Assembly (NCBI GenBank): GCA_963705255.1
Contig: OY970061.1
Location: 2,400,001 to 2,464,000, forward strand
Origin: an uncultured Methanoregulaceae archaeon
GTDB lineage: Archaea > Halobacteriota > Methanomicrobia > Methanomicrobiales > Methanospirillaceae
Direction: 5' to 3'
DNA length: 64,000 bases
The notes beneath the pieces were generated by a model. It was given only the letters and a program-made list of their open reading frames with translations, had not been told where the DNA came from and made no database searches. This document shows, piece by piece, positions 42,933-52,953 of the stretch. The position numbers were made by a program, and so were the translations under genes. Within the stretch, counting starts at the first letter, position 1. Each line of letters opens with the position of its first letter.

Positions 42933-45911
42933 TTACGATACCTTATAAGTCGCACAGAGCACATCACTCTCTTCTAAAAATCTCACAAATTCCCTTGCCT
43001 TTTTATCATCCAAGCCAAATTCCTCTCCAATAGATTCGATTGTGTATACTTTATTTGGTTTAAAAAGTGATTTGAAGGTTGGACCCAATCTTTTGAATTC
43101 ATCATCGAGAGTCACTTCAAGGGCTTCATACATTTTTCCATTATTAATCAATGTTCTGCAATTTGCAATTCTCTTATCCATATCATCAACAATTATTTTT
43201 ATTTTTTGAAGGTGGGATTTGTTTAAAAATTGTTCATAACGACGGAGAAGTAGGTTTGCTTCACCATATTTTTCTGATAAAGATTTAATGTGTGCAGTTG
43301 CTCTTTGGCCAAGGTCTGCATAAGTACCATGCAATGTCGATAGTTTCGTCTCAACGATATTGATATTATCACTTTTTCTAATTATTTCCCAATCTTCTTT
43401 CAATTTTTTTTCGTCGAGGTCAAGGACCTTCTTTTTCGATGCAGTAATCAATTCAGCAATATTGAAGTCTTTTAAATCACGTTCTAAATTTTTCCCCTTT
43501 GACGAAAACGCATTATATTTCGCTATCAGTTCCTCAAAAACCGGTTTAGATGCGAGGATGTATTTTTCGAGATCGCTCCGATCCAAACTCTGTTCAAGTT
43601 CCTTATCGAACTTCACTAATTCCTTTTCTAATTGTGAATCTTTGAATTTTAATTTCTTTAAATCTTGAATTGCGGAAGTTAGTGCAGTTTTTCTTGTATT
43701 ATACGTCTGGGAGATTTCAAGGATAAATGATATGAATTTGTTAGACCGTGCAACAACATCCTTTACTCTGACATCGTAGGTATACAGGTTGATAAAATTA
43801 GTGAAAATATTATCAGTAGGTTTGAACGCGGTGATCTCTTTTTTTATCTGAGAAAGCTGATTATCGAACGCGGAGATTTTGCTATCAAATTTTTCAATTA
43901 ATGTATCTCCAGCAACCTCCCGACTTGCTTCAATTGAACTACTCATTTCTTTGGAATATGCAATAATTGAATTATTTAACAATGTTCTTCTATCTTCGAA
44001 CACTCGAATTTTTAAACCATCGGTAATCTGTAATTTTTTTAATAATGAAACTGCAGCCTCGATAGGTCGGTTTTCTGAATTGAGATAAAAGACTTCTTTC
44101 CATAAGTGATCCGGATTAAAAATTCCCCGAGACACAATCTGATTATACCAATAAGGGGTTGTAAAACCAGCACCATCGAAAAATCCACACTCCATTAAAA
44201 TATCAGTATTAATTTTCTGTGTCTCACACTTTGATAAACTCTCTAAATTTTTAATAAATATTTCATAGTCTTCATCATTTTGCAGCTTGGCTCCCAACAA
44301 ATGAGGGATATAGTGCTGCTCCCTATTTTTTTTATAAAATGCATTTATCTTTTCAATTATTGATGTGATTTGAGGGGATATCTCTTCACGCCCTTTGTTT
44401 AACTCACCTACGGACAAGAGATTTTCATCAAACAAAGAATATCGAATCATCATCTCTGGAGATGAAGGTAAGACGAGGATTGCTTCATTCTCACCAACTT
44501 TTTTTGATTTGTTTTCTTTATTCAGGACATATACACAGAAAATGTCCGTACTGGTTTTGGGGTCACTTCCCTTTTTTACAGTAAGAGGAATCTTTGCTTT
44601 TTCACCAGGAATCGAGCATGCAATTTTCTTTGTTTTATTATCAATACTGAAGCGATCGGAACAGTAAGGTAAAATTTTACTCATTTTTTCAACAGCTAAA
44701 TCAAGCTGCAATTCAGGATTTGTTAGGAGACCCTTGCTTGCATATTCCTTGTATTTCTCTCTCGCAGGTCGAGTATCCTTTAACTCTACAAGGTCAATTT
44801 CAGATTCTTTACCTTTTTCCTCATGTTTCTTCGTATCGACGCGATGACTTCCGCTCTCTAACTGCCATTCGTTAACTTTCGCTTTATCAATATCTCCTCC
44901 TCCACGCCGATTTATATAAAAAAGAATGTCATGGCAGTTGATGATAAACTGCCTGAACGAGAAATGATCATTCGAATCTTTTGAAATTTTAATTATAAGG
45001 TGGATACTCTCCCGTGTAAAAGGATTAAAGTCATCGATTCCCGTTGTTTTTATCCTGCTCTTCTCTAACCGGATTTTTACATAATCTAAAGCATCTTGTT
45101 CAGAAAATGAAGATAAGGGAATTATCCGTTTGAGGCGTGTCTCTAATGCGTTATTAATACTATGAATACGCTGATAGGTAATATCGGTCATATAGAGGAA
45201 CAATGCAACAGGGAATTTCTGGTCCTGTTTTCCTTCCTGAATATAGCCAAGTAAATCTCTTAAATATTTCAAATCTCGTTCAATCTGGGATGTTGTCATG
45301 GAGGCCATGCCCCAACGATCTTCGACCTCATCGATATGAATTACGACGCAGTCGTGCCTACCAATCGTCGTAAGAGCATCGATGTACCCGTACCAAGTGC
45401 TCATAAGGTAAGTCGCTCTTCGGAGCTCGTCTTTATTGGATTTTTCAAGTTTTAATTCTTTAAAAGATAATTCCAGAGCATTTTTCAAACAGGTGCTGAC
45501 TTTTTCCTGGTCCAGGGTATTACAGGCAATTTCAAGGCGGTTTACGATTAATGCAAGAATAAAAAACGGGTCATCATAGGTCCCACTTTCCATGCGGATA
45601 TAGATGTGTTCCGTTGATGGGTGGTATTTACGGGAGCGATCTATTAATTTATAAGCGAGATGTGTTTTCCCGGCGGAGGGCTCTCCTTTGACAACAGCGG
45701 CGATAAGTTTCCCGCCCCGTCGGGCCATATCAATGATTTCATCGCCTTGTTTCAATTCCGTTTGTCGTAATAAAGAATCTTCAACAGATATGGTGGGATC
45801 AAACTCTCCCTGAGGTTCAAAAGGAATGTATTTTAGATTTAAATTCGCAAAACCGTTTGCTGATTCTTGAATTATCTTCTTGACCGCCATGATTTCGCCT
45901 GATTTTACCAT
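42933..45911 (-). CDS. Large P-loop ATPase with long coiled coil and C-terminal HTH-like end
   Basis: Walker A GEPSAGKTH, Walker B VIHIDEVE, PFT lid; heptad-rich distal third. Confidence 0.8.
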   Translation of the reverse strand: MVKSGEIMAVKKIIQESANGFANLNLKYIPFEPQGEFDPTISVEDSLLRQTELKQGDEIIDMARRGGKLIAAVVKGEPSAGKTHLAYKLIDRSRKYHPSTEHIYIRMESGTYDDPFFILALIVNRLEIACNTLDQEKVSTCLKNALELSFKELKLEKSNKDELRRATYLMSTWYGYIDALTTIGRHDCVVIHIDEVEDRWGMASMTTSQIERDLKYLRDLLGYIQEGKQDQKFPVALFLYMTDITYQRIHSINNALETRLKRIIPLSSFSEQDALDYVKIRLEKSRIKTTGIDDFNPFTRESIHLIIKISKDSNDHFSFRQFIINCHDILFYINRRGGGDIDKAKVNEWQLESGSHRVDTKKHEEKGKESEIDLVELKDTRPAREKYKEYASKGLLTNPELQLDLAVEKMSKILPYCSDRFSIDNKTKKIACSIPGEKAKIPLTVKKGSDPKTSTDIFCVYVLNKENKSKKVGENEAILVLPSSPEMMIRYSLFDENLLSVGELNKGREEISPQITSIIEKINAFYKKNREQHYIPHLLGAKLQNDEDYEIFIKNLESLSKCETQKINTDILMECGFFDGAGFTTPYWYNQIVSRGIFNPDHLWKEVFYLNSENRPIEAAVSLLKKLQITDGLKIRVFEDRRTLLNNSIIAYSKEMSSSIEASREVAGDTLIEKFDSKISAFDNQLSQIKKEITAFKPTDNIFTNFINLYTYDVRVKDVVARSNKFISFILEISQTYNTRKTALTSAIQDLKKLKFKDSQLEKELVKFDKELEQSLDRSDLEKYILASKPVFEELIAKYNAFSSKGKNLERDLKDFNIAELITASKKKVLDLDEKKLKEDWEIIRKSDNINIVETKLSTLHGTYADLGQRATAHIKSLSEKYGEANLLLRRYEQFLNKSHLQKIKIIVDDMDKRIANCRTLINNGKMYEALEVTLDDEFKRLGPTFKSLFKPNKVYTIESIGEEFGLDDKKAREFVRFLEESDVLCATYKVS

Positions 45912-45952
45912 TGATGATGTTAATTGATTAATTTTTTTAAGTTGTTTTTAAT

Positions 45953-47354
45953 ATGAAGTGTGAGAGACACTATGTCGTGACATCGGATTTATCATCAGAT
46001 GCTTATGATACATCGCGGTTAGGTATTATCATCCGTGATTCTGAGGGTGCATTTTACCAATCCAGAATCGAATGTGAAAAAACCGTCCGGCAAATAGAAT
46101 CTGAACTGGATCGGCATGCACTTCTTATCGATCCCGAAATCTCAAATCCGAATCCTGAAACAAAAATAAATTATGTAGCGATTGACGGAACGCGGGATAT
46201 TCTCGAAGGTCAGACTCATGCGCGTCTGTTCGCAGGGGCATTTGCGGTGTATGGAGAATTCAACAAGACCGTGGATATCACAGAAATTCAACGTAGTTGT
46301 GCTTTCAGTGTAGTATCATTGCCTTACAAAATATTGACATCCGGAAATGATTACATTACAGAGAGTGCAGGTTCTGTTACGAATCTACTCATGCTTTTAG
46401 CGGAAATTTATGTTGCAAAAACATACGCTGATAATGATAGCAAGGATCTTGATTTAATATTACTCGATCGCCCCCTCTGTGGGACGCTTGCACATACTCG
46501 CACCGCCCTATCCCCGCATAGTATTCTCAAAAAACTGGGAGCTGAAAAATATTCAAAATGACAAAAATCTCGATTCAGCTATTCCCATTTTTGAAGATAT
46601 TTGCAAACGGCTATTTGTTGAATCGCTTGCGGAACCTCTTAAAATTGAGGGGGAACACCTGTCTTCCGATGATCTAATGTATCTTTGTCGGGTGGGAATG
46701 AATGCCTTGTTCAGGATCTGTAAAGAGAAAAATATTGAATTGATCGGGGTCACAAAGACCACGAATGACTGCTCCTTTTTACGGTTATTGATAACACTGA
46801 ATGCGATGGAAGGTCGCGATACTAAGAAAATCTATAAAATTCTCTCCCAGATCGATGATTGCAAAATGCTCGGCAGTTGGATTAGTCCCTATCAGAAACT
46901 TGTCTGCACAAGGGAGTATGATACTGCCTTGATGACGATAATGGTTGACGAGTCAAAAAAATTGAGAGAACTTGGGGGTGGGGGGCAGGTTCCCCAAAAA
47001 CTGATTGTGCGTTCATACATGAGTTTTGGGTTACCAAACAAGGGGGGATTTATTTTTGCTGTTGAGCGACTGGTTTTGAAAAATGAAAAATCATCGACTA
47101 TCATGTTACCCAAAAATACCGAAATTTACCTCTATGCAAAAGAAGGAAATAAAAGCCAGTTAAACATATTTCATCTTCTCAAAAACATGTGCACCGGGGC
47201 ATTTCCCGAAGCATTGTACTATCCGCTGCCCCTTGCACTCGCACATAGGTTTGCAAAATCGAATTTTGATTATATCAGGCCCCGGTTAAAGGCAACAAGC
47301 CGAGTATTCGGAACAGAGTACGGGTTTAATGACCTGAAGAGAGAGTTCACATGA
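45953..47354 (+). CDS. nurA: NurA-family nuclease (frameshift near 46550)
   Basis: VAIDGT, LILLDRPL, IGVTK, YPLPLALAH..AK motifs; overlaps the herA start. Confidence 0.75.
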
Positions 47355-49168
47355 CAGAAGAGATTATTGAACCGTTCAGAAACGTCGGTCGAGTAATTAA
47401 GATTACCGGAAGTGGATCGTCTACCCTGGTGGAAATTTTCTTTCCCTATACTAAAGAAGCAATTACGAATATCCGGGAAGGAGCCTTCCTGGCTCTAGAA
47501 AATGTTCGATCGACATCCCAGAAACGAATATATTCATTATTCAATGTTGTCAGTTACGATGTTTTTCATTCGGGATTATCTGATTTAGATCCGACCAAAG
47601 TACCCTTCCCTGAAACGGTCATTGAAGTGGCATCCCGTGCCTACAAAGAACTTGTGGAAGGGATGCCGGATAAGATCAGTCTCGCGGGAATCAAGGTTCG
47701 GTGCATTCCTGCGGGATATGAGATTATCGACGATGACGCCTTGACAATCAATCCCAGTAATGAAAAGCCACTCATTGGAACTGAAGTGTACAATCCATCT
47801 GAAAAAATTTTAGATAAAATGTTCAATCGTGGACTCTCTAAAGAACGCGGCGCCATTGAGATTGGGCATTATCATCATGGTAACAATAAAATCGAAATTC
47901 TCCTTGATCCAAGAAGGTTAGTTCAGCATCATATTGGTGTTTTTGCGTCGACGGGCGCTGGAAAAAGTTTCTTGATTTCTAATTTATTAAAAGAAACTCT
48001 TGACCAAGGGATACGGAGTATTGTTTTTGACACCGTCCCTGAATTTCCAGCATTATTAATTGATGTCATTCACGAATATTCTTCAAAATATAACGACGAT
48101 TACAAAACCTCGATAATTTTTAGAGATCGGCAGGATATTGCAGCAATCAGTGATCCTGAAAAATTAATTGGACGTATGACCATCCCGGAAACAATCAGAA
48201 ACAAGCACCGGAATAAATTGCTTAGCATCATGTCAAACTCCCGGTTTTTATCGGATCCGGTTCCAAAAATAATGCTACCGTTTTTAACCTCAACTGAAAT
48301 TATTAACCTCGTAAATTATACAATGTCAATAAAACGACTTCCTCAGGCAGAAACTGTTGCTCAGACTATCGAGCAGTTAATTGAGGATAAATATCCTGAT
48401 GCGATTTTTGCAGGAAATGTAAGAAATCTCGACACCTATGTGACAGATTATACTCATATTCAGAAAGTTTTTGATATAATCCTTAGTGAGCAAAACCGTA
48501 TCGGTGATGATAAGGATATCACCTACAAATTCTACGATACAGTTTATCAGATGTTGCGGAATAAGGCCGACCGCCGTGATCGCGAACTCGAATTGTATCT
48601 GTCTGAAATAGATCAACTCAATATTAAGAAAAACCAGGTTACAGAACCCCGCAATCTTGTACGACCATTGATTGATGGGGATAGTAAACTGCATATCGTA
48701 ATTAGTGATACGACAGACGAGACAAAACACCTGATCTCAAACTCCATATCAAATGCATTCTCTCTGCAAAAAGGAAAAGCAGACAAAAGCCTGATGTTTG
48801 TTGTCGATGAGGCGCATAACTTCGCGTCAATAGATCCCACACCCAGCTCTAAGGCTCTTGAAAAATTAGCACGGGAAGGGAGGAAGTTCAACATTGGATT
48901 ATGCATGGCCTCACAACGATGCACTTACCTCAATACAAGTGTTATGGCTCAATTGAAGACCTATTTTATTAGCAACCTCAGGATGAAAACGGATAGAGAT
49001 CGGATCCGTTCTATCTTCGATATTAATTCTGAGATTCTCGATAGTTCCGCAAACTTAAGCGGTCAAGATTGGTATCTCGTATCGGAAGTTGCAACGGGAC
49101 TCCGAAATACTCCCATGAAAATCCGTGTTCATGATGTAAACAAGAGGATTGAAGATTCAATAAACTGA
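47351..49168 (+). CDS. herA: HerA-family ATPase/helicase
   Basis: HAS-barrel-like N-terminus; HIGVFASTGAGKS, VVDEAHNF, REGRKF, ASQR motifs. Confidence 0.88.
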   Translation: MTEEIIEPFRNVGRVIKITGSGSSTLVEIFFPYTKEAITNIREGAFLALENVRSTSQKRIYSLFNVVSYDVFHSGLSDLDPTKVPFPETVIEVASRAYKELVEGMPDKISLAGIKVRCIPAGYEIIDDDALTINPSNEKPLIGTEVYNPSEKILDKMFNRGLSKERGAIEIGHYHHGNNKIEILLDPRRLVQHHIGVFASTGAGKSFLISNLLKETLDQGIRSIVFDTVPEFPALLIDVIHEYSSKYNDDYKTSIIFRDRQDIAAISDPEKLIGRMTIPETIRNKHRNKLLSIMSNSRFLSDPVPKIMLPFLTSTEIINLVNYTMSIKRLPQAETVAQTIEQLIEDKYPDAIFAGNVRNLDTYVTDYTHIQKVFDIILSEQNRIGDDKDITYKFYDTVYQMLRNKADRRDRELELYLSEIDQLNIKKNQVTEPRNLVRPLIDGDSKLHIVISDTTDETKHLISNSISNAFSLQKGKADKSLMFVVDEAHNFASIDPTPSSKALEKLAREGRKFNIGLCMASQRCTYLNTSVMAQLKTYFISNLRMKTDRDRIRSIFDINSEILDSSANLSGQDWYLVSEVATGLRNTPMKIRVHDVNKRIEDSIN

Positions 49169-49230
49169 CTTGATAAAAATAAACAATACACAAATTTATT
49201 CCCTTTTTCTATCTAATGTGTGAATGAATC

Positions 49231-50968
49231 ATGCGTTTCTTCATTCCCGAATGGGACGACCGGGTAGACCCTGGCTACGATTTTCATTCCGATATGCACT
49301 CCCCGTCTCATAAGGCGAACCCAACAAAAAATGGCGCATACATGTGGGATATATTTGGAATAGAGAACATGCCTTTTGATGGTGTTCTGGTTTCAATCGC
49401 CACATTACAACAAAATAAGACGAAATACCAGTCTCTTCTCGGATCCGGAATTCACGAATTGCTTCACCTTCCAAAAAAAATTGAGATTTTAGCAGATTGT
49501 GGAGCATTCTCTTACATTGATAAAAAAATTCCCCCGTACAGAACCTCTGATGCCCTTAAACTCTATCGTGACGGTGGATTCGATTACGGTGTGAGTGTCG
49601 ACCATTTAGTTGTCCCAATGTATAAAGAGCAGAATCAAGCGAGGATAAAAATCACGTACGAGAATGGGGTTGATGCTTTTCAACTGTGGAGAAAAAAGTA
49701 CAAATCGGACTTTCAATTAATTGTCGCCGTCCAAGGATCGGAAATTAATGATTATATCAACATGTTTGATAAGTTCTATAAAAGGGGAATTCGCCATTTT
49801 GCATTCGGAAGTCTGGTTAGGGCTCCAACTTTTTTTATCATCAAACTCATAACAAGCCCTCATGGAAAATATTAAGTCAACCAATAAACATCCAGAATTC
49901 ATACATTTTTTCGGAGTAGCCCGATGTGCTCTTTTTCCAAAATTCAAGGAACTTGAGGAACTCACAGGAATTCAAGTTTCTTTTGATTCCGCCTCGTATC
50001 TGAGAAAAGCTTGGTTGACTTCAGCAAATACGCAATTCAATTATATTGATCAAGCATGGGAGGGTTACTCAGCAATTCGGATCCCCCCAAAACTTTCACG
50101 ATCGAAGGAAGAAAATCTCGATCATACTGAATATGAGATGATGTCTCAAAAGTGTCTAGAAGCATTACGAAATTTTGACGATGATAAAATTAGTCTTGAT
50201 GATGCACTGAATGAATTAAAAACATTCATCGAAAAAAGAAAGGACGATCCAAAATTACTCTCATATTACGAACGAACTCTAAAGTCAAAACCCTGGAAGA
50301 CCTGTCCCTGCCCGATTTGTAATGATATCGGAATAGATGTTATGATATTCCGAGGAAATAATCGTAACCGCCGCCGTGGTTTTCACAATATTTATACCTT
50401 CAATCAATTGGTGAAAGACAATTCTAAATGGGGAATATGCCAGAAAAAAGAAACCGCTAGACGAATGAAATTACAAGAAAGAACAAACCTCGAATTCCTG
50501 AAAAAAGGAATGAAGGTCTTAATCATCACAGCATGCAGTAAAAACAAACTCGGCTGTGATAGCTCAATATCAGCTCCAGCAAAAGAAATGTACCTGGGCA
50601 CACTCTTCAAAAAAGTGAAATTATATGCAGAAGTAATGAAATTCGAATATAGGATAATCTCAGCAGAACATGGCCTGGTAAAACCCGATCAAGAAATTGA
50701 AGGTTACGATAAAAAACTTCGAACGAATGGAGATATCGAATATATTCGGCCAGGTGTCGAAGAAAAGATTAGAGAAGAATTTTCTCACTATGATAAAATC
50801 GTTGTAGTTGCTGGAGAGAAATACCGGGAAGTTTTAGTGAATGTTTTCGATGAGAGATTTTATTTTTTGAAGGCAAGAGGGATCGGAGATCTTATCAGTA
50901 TAGTTTCAAAGGCGATTCCGAAACATAAATCATTGAGCAATTTTTTGGTTTCTGAAACAAAAGAATAG
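49231..50968 (+). CDS. dpdA: DNA-guanine transglycosylase DpdA fused to DUF6884 (extra A near 49851)
   Basis: FFIPEWDDRVDP.YDF, DGVLVS, DCGAFSY, SVDH, QG, SFDSAS, CPCPIC, FRGNNRNRRRGFHN; tail CSK.K, A.EMY.G, ISAEHGLV. Confidence 0.88.
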
Positions 50969-51010
50969 GATTTTCAATAAGGTTTGTAGAAATGGACATT
51001 CCAAAAACCA

Positions 51011-51063
51011 CCCAGGACCAACCTATTCAGCAAGTGGCTCCGGCCCCGTTCGCGCCAGACCTC
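51011..51063 (+). repeat. Element C copy 4 (degenerate, inverted; right edge of island)
   Basis: CCCAGGACCAACCTATTCAGCAAG...GTTCGCGCCAGACCTC aligns to both ends of copy 3. Confidence 0.45.
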
Positions 51064-51252
51064 TCACGCTTTCGTCTTATACACCCGCTCGTATTGTAAA
51101 ACAAGATTGCCCTTTTCTTCCTTGACAATCAGCCGGAAAACATCGCCTGGATTAATTTTGACAGACTTAACCACGTCAGATGGAATAGTGAGGTCGAGAG
51201 AATTGGAACCATAATGGAACCGGGACTTGACGATACTTTCCCTCTCAACCAT
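51064..51252 (-). CDS. AbrB/MazE-like DNA-binding protein
   Basis: GSNSLDLTIP..V.....I.PGD motif. Confidence 0.8.
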   Translation of the reverse strand: MVERESIVKSRFHYGSNSLDLTIPSDVVKSVKINPGDVFRLIVKEEKGNLVLQYERVYKTKA

Positions 51253-51269
51253 ACTTCCCAATGGGGGCT

Positions 51270-51325
51270 ATGCACATTTAGGACTTAATGCACATTTAAT
51301 ATAAAGTGCACATTATGTGCATTAA
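51270..51325. promoter_or_regulatory. Operator array TGCACAT (three direct + one inverted)
   Basis: ATGCACATTTA x2 then TGCACAT-T-ATGTGCA between the AbrB gene and the candidate RNA. Confidence 0.6.
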
Positions 51326-51360
51326 TTTATTTATTCTCATCTCATGCAAATCTCTACACC

Positions 51361-51485
51361 GATGCCTGGTGAACCCAGTTCGTCGTATCCCGGATAAATA
51401 AAATAATCCCGAGTGCCCGCCCCCCGGCTGTAGACCTCGAATCTTACGTGGCACTCATTCGTCCGGGAAAATCTCACCAGTCACC
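51361..51485 (+). ncRNA. Candidate structured RNA, copy 3
   Basis: GATGCCTGGTGA...TCACCAGTCACC; TCCCGGAT/GTCCGGGA and GAGTGCC/GGCACTC stems; TTTATT upstream. Confidence 0.6.
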
Positions 51486-51905
51486 GGTATACGGGACAAT
51501 GACGACACGATATTCTGTGACTCCCGGCGCCGGGAATAGAGATCTGTTTTATCACTCGCGGTTTGTGTATCCAGGTTCAGGCTATAGGAGACTGGTCCTC
51601 CCCGAACTGATCCCGCCGGGAGAAAAGCCACCCCGAAAAAACCAGGAAAAACAGGAAAAACTCAAGGGTCAGGTACCCCCCCACGTTGAGATGGTGAGTC
51701 CGTGCGAGCGGGCTGAAATAGAACAGCCAACTGATCCCGGTGATTGCAATTATTGCACCGGTAATTCCGTTTGTGGTAAAGAACCAAAAGAGAAATTTTT
51801 TTGACACGATCATTACCTCACCGGTTCCGGATACTTTCACAGTATACCGGTAAGCGGATTTCGGTATCCGGCATTTAACGTTTCTGACGCATTCGTCTAC
51901 TATTG
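51486..51905 (-). repeat. Repeat B copy 1 (78-aa two-TM ORF at 51577..51813)
   Basis: Near-identical to the copies at 54.2-54.8 and 59.4-59.85 kb. Confidence 0.88.
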
Positions 51906-51987
51906 TTCTCATACCGATCAAAATGGCATTTTCTCAACCGGAACCCGGTTCAAATGTTATATATAGTTATATAACAAAAATTATCTC

Positions 51988-52260
51988 ATGACATCGGAAG
52001 CCAGAGCAACCCATTCCCCCCAGCTTGATACGGTCCTGATGGTCGAGTCCTTCATCCGGGAGCATAGCGGGGAATATAAGAAACGCGCCCTGTGGGAGAA
52101 CCTGCCCAAGAAGATGATGTACCAGACATTTTCCACGATCATCGGCTACCTCCAGGACTCCGGGAAGATCGCAGCCGACGCAGACAAAAAAATCTGCTGG
52201 ATATATAATCCGGAACTTATAAATCGCTACCTCAGTAATAATAACCTGAAGATCCGATGA
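51988..52260 (+). CDS. Putative antitoxin / small wHTH protein
   Basis: ATGA-coupled to a RelE-like gene; own TATA-like element upstream. Confidence 0.7.
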   Translation: MTSEARATHSPQLDTVLMVESFIREHSGEYKKRALWENLPKKMMYQTFSTIIGYLQDSGKIAADADKKICWIYNPELINRYLSNNNLKIR

Positions 52261-52586
52261 AATCTGCCCTCTACTTTGCTGACGATCAGGTCAGGCAGTC
52301 TTTTTTACAACTCCGCTCGGGAAGGGCCGAAGAGAAAGAGATTTACGATCAGCTGAACGGGGTTTTCGATATCATCGCCACAGATCCCTTCTGCGGGATC
52401 CAGGTCCCCAAACGGCTTATCCCGAAAGTTTACCTCACGAAATACGGGATTGACAACCTTTGGAAATTTAATTTCCATAAGAACTGGCGGCTGATGTATT
52501 CAGTTGCCGGTAACGGGACAGAGCTCGTGACCCTTGTTCTGGAATGGCTTCCGCATAAGGAATACGAGCGAAGGTTTCGGTACTGA
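52257..52586 (+). CDS. RelE/ParE-like toxin
   Basis: DPF.G..V, NLWK, WRL.Y, H.EYER.F.Y motifs. Confidence 0.72.
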   Translation: MKSALYFADDQVRQSFLQLRSGRAEEKEIYDQLNGVFDIIATDPFCGIQVPKRLIPKVYLTKYGIDNLWKFNFHKNWRLMYSVAGNGTELVTLVLEWLPHKEYERRFRY

Positions 52587-52622
52587 TCAGGAGGATCTCC
52601 GCCCGCCCGCTGTTCACCCGCT

Positions 52623-52892
52623 TCAGGTGATGGTATTCCGGAGAATCTGCCACCGCTCCTCCATCACTCCCCGCGTCCTCTCCTTCACCAGCCGCCACAC
52701 CTTCCACGCCGAAACCGCCCCGATAACAATAAAACCCCCCGCAAGGCCGGACCAGCCATACCCGACCCCGCAGTCGTCCCCGCTGATGAATATCTCGTTG
52801 CACTCACGGGAAACGGTCACATAGATCAGGATAAGGCACAGGATGCTGAGGATAATGGCACCTGTATATGCGGGAAACGATCTGCAAAGCAT
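52623..52892 (-). CDS. Small two-TM hypothetical protein
   Basis: Two hydrophobic helices around a Cys pair. Confidence 0.5.
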   Translation of the reverse strand: MLCRSFPAYTGAIILSILCLILIYVTVSRECNEIFISGDDCGVGYGWSGLAGGFIVIGAVSAWKVWRLVKERTRGVMEERWQILRNTIT

Positions 52893-52953
52893 GTTATCCG
52901 GCAAAAAATCTATTTCATATACCAGACGAAACGTAGTGAACAGGTACGGCTCC

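Larger units (their letters stand above)
34050..51010. mobile_element. AT-rich defence island (7-deazaguanine modification locus)
   Basis: Abrupt compositional shift; inverted flanking modules; defence-type gene content; no integrase seen in window. Confidence 0.75.

Noticed and set aside
49820-49870. Programmed frameshifting in dpdA or other split genes
   Set aside because: Similar indels affect unrelated housekeeping genes; sequencing error is simpler
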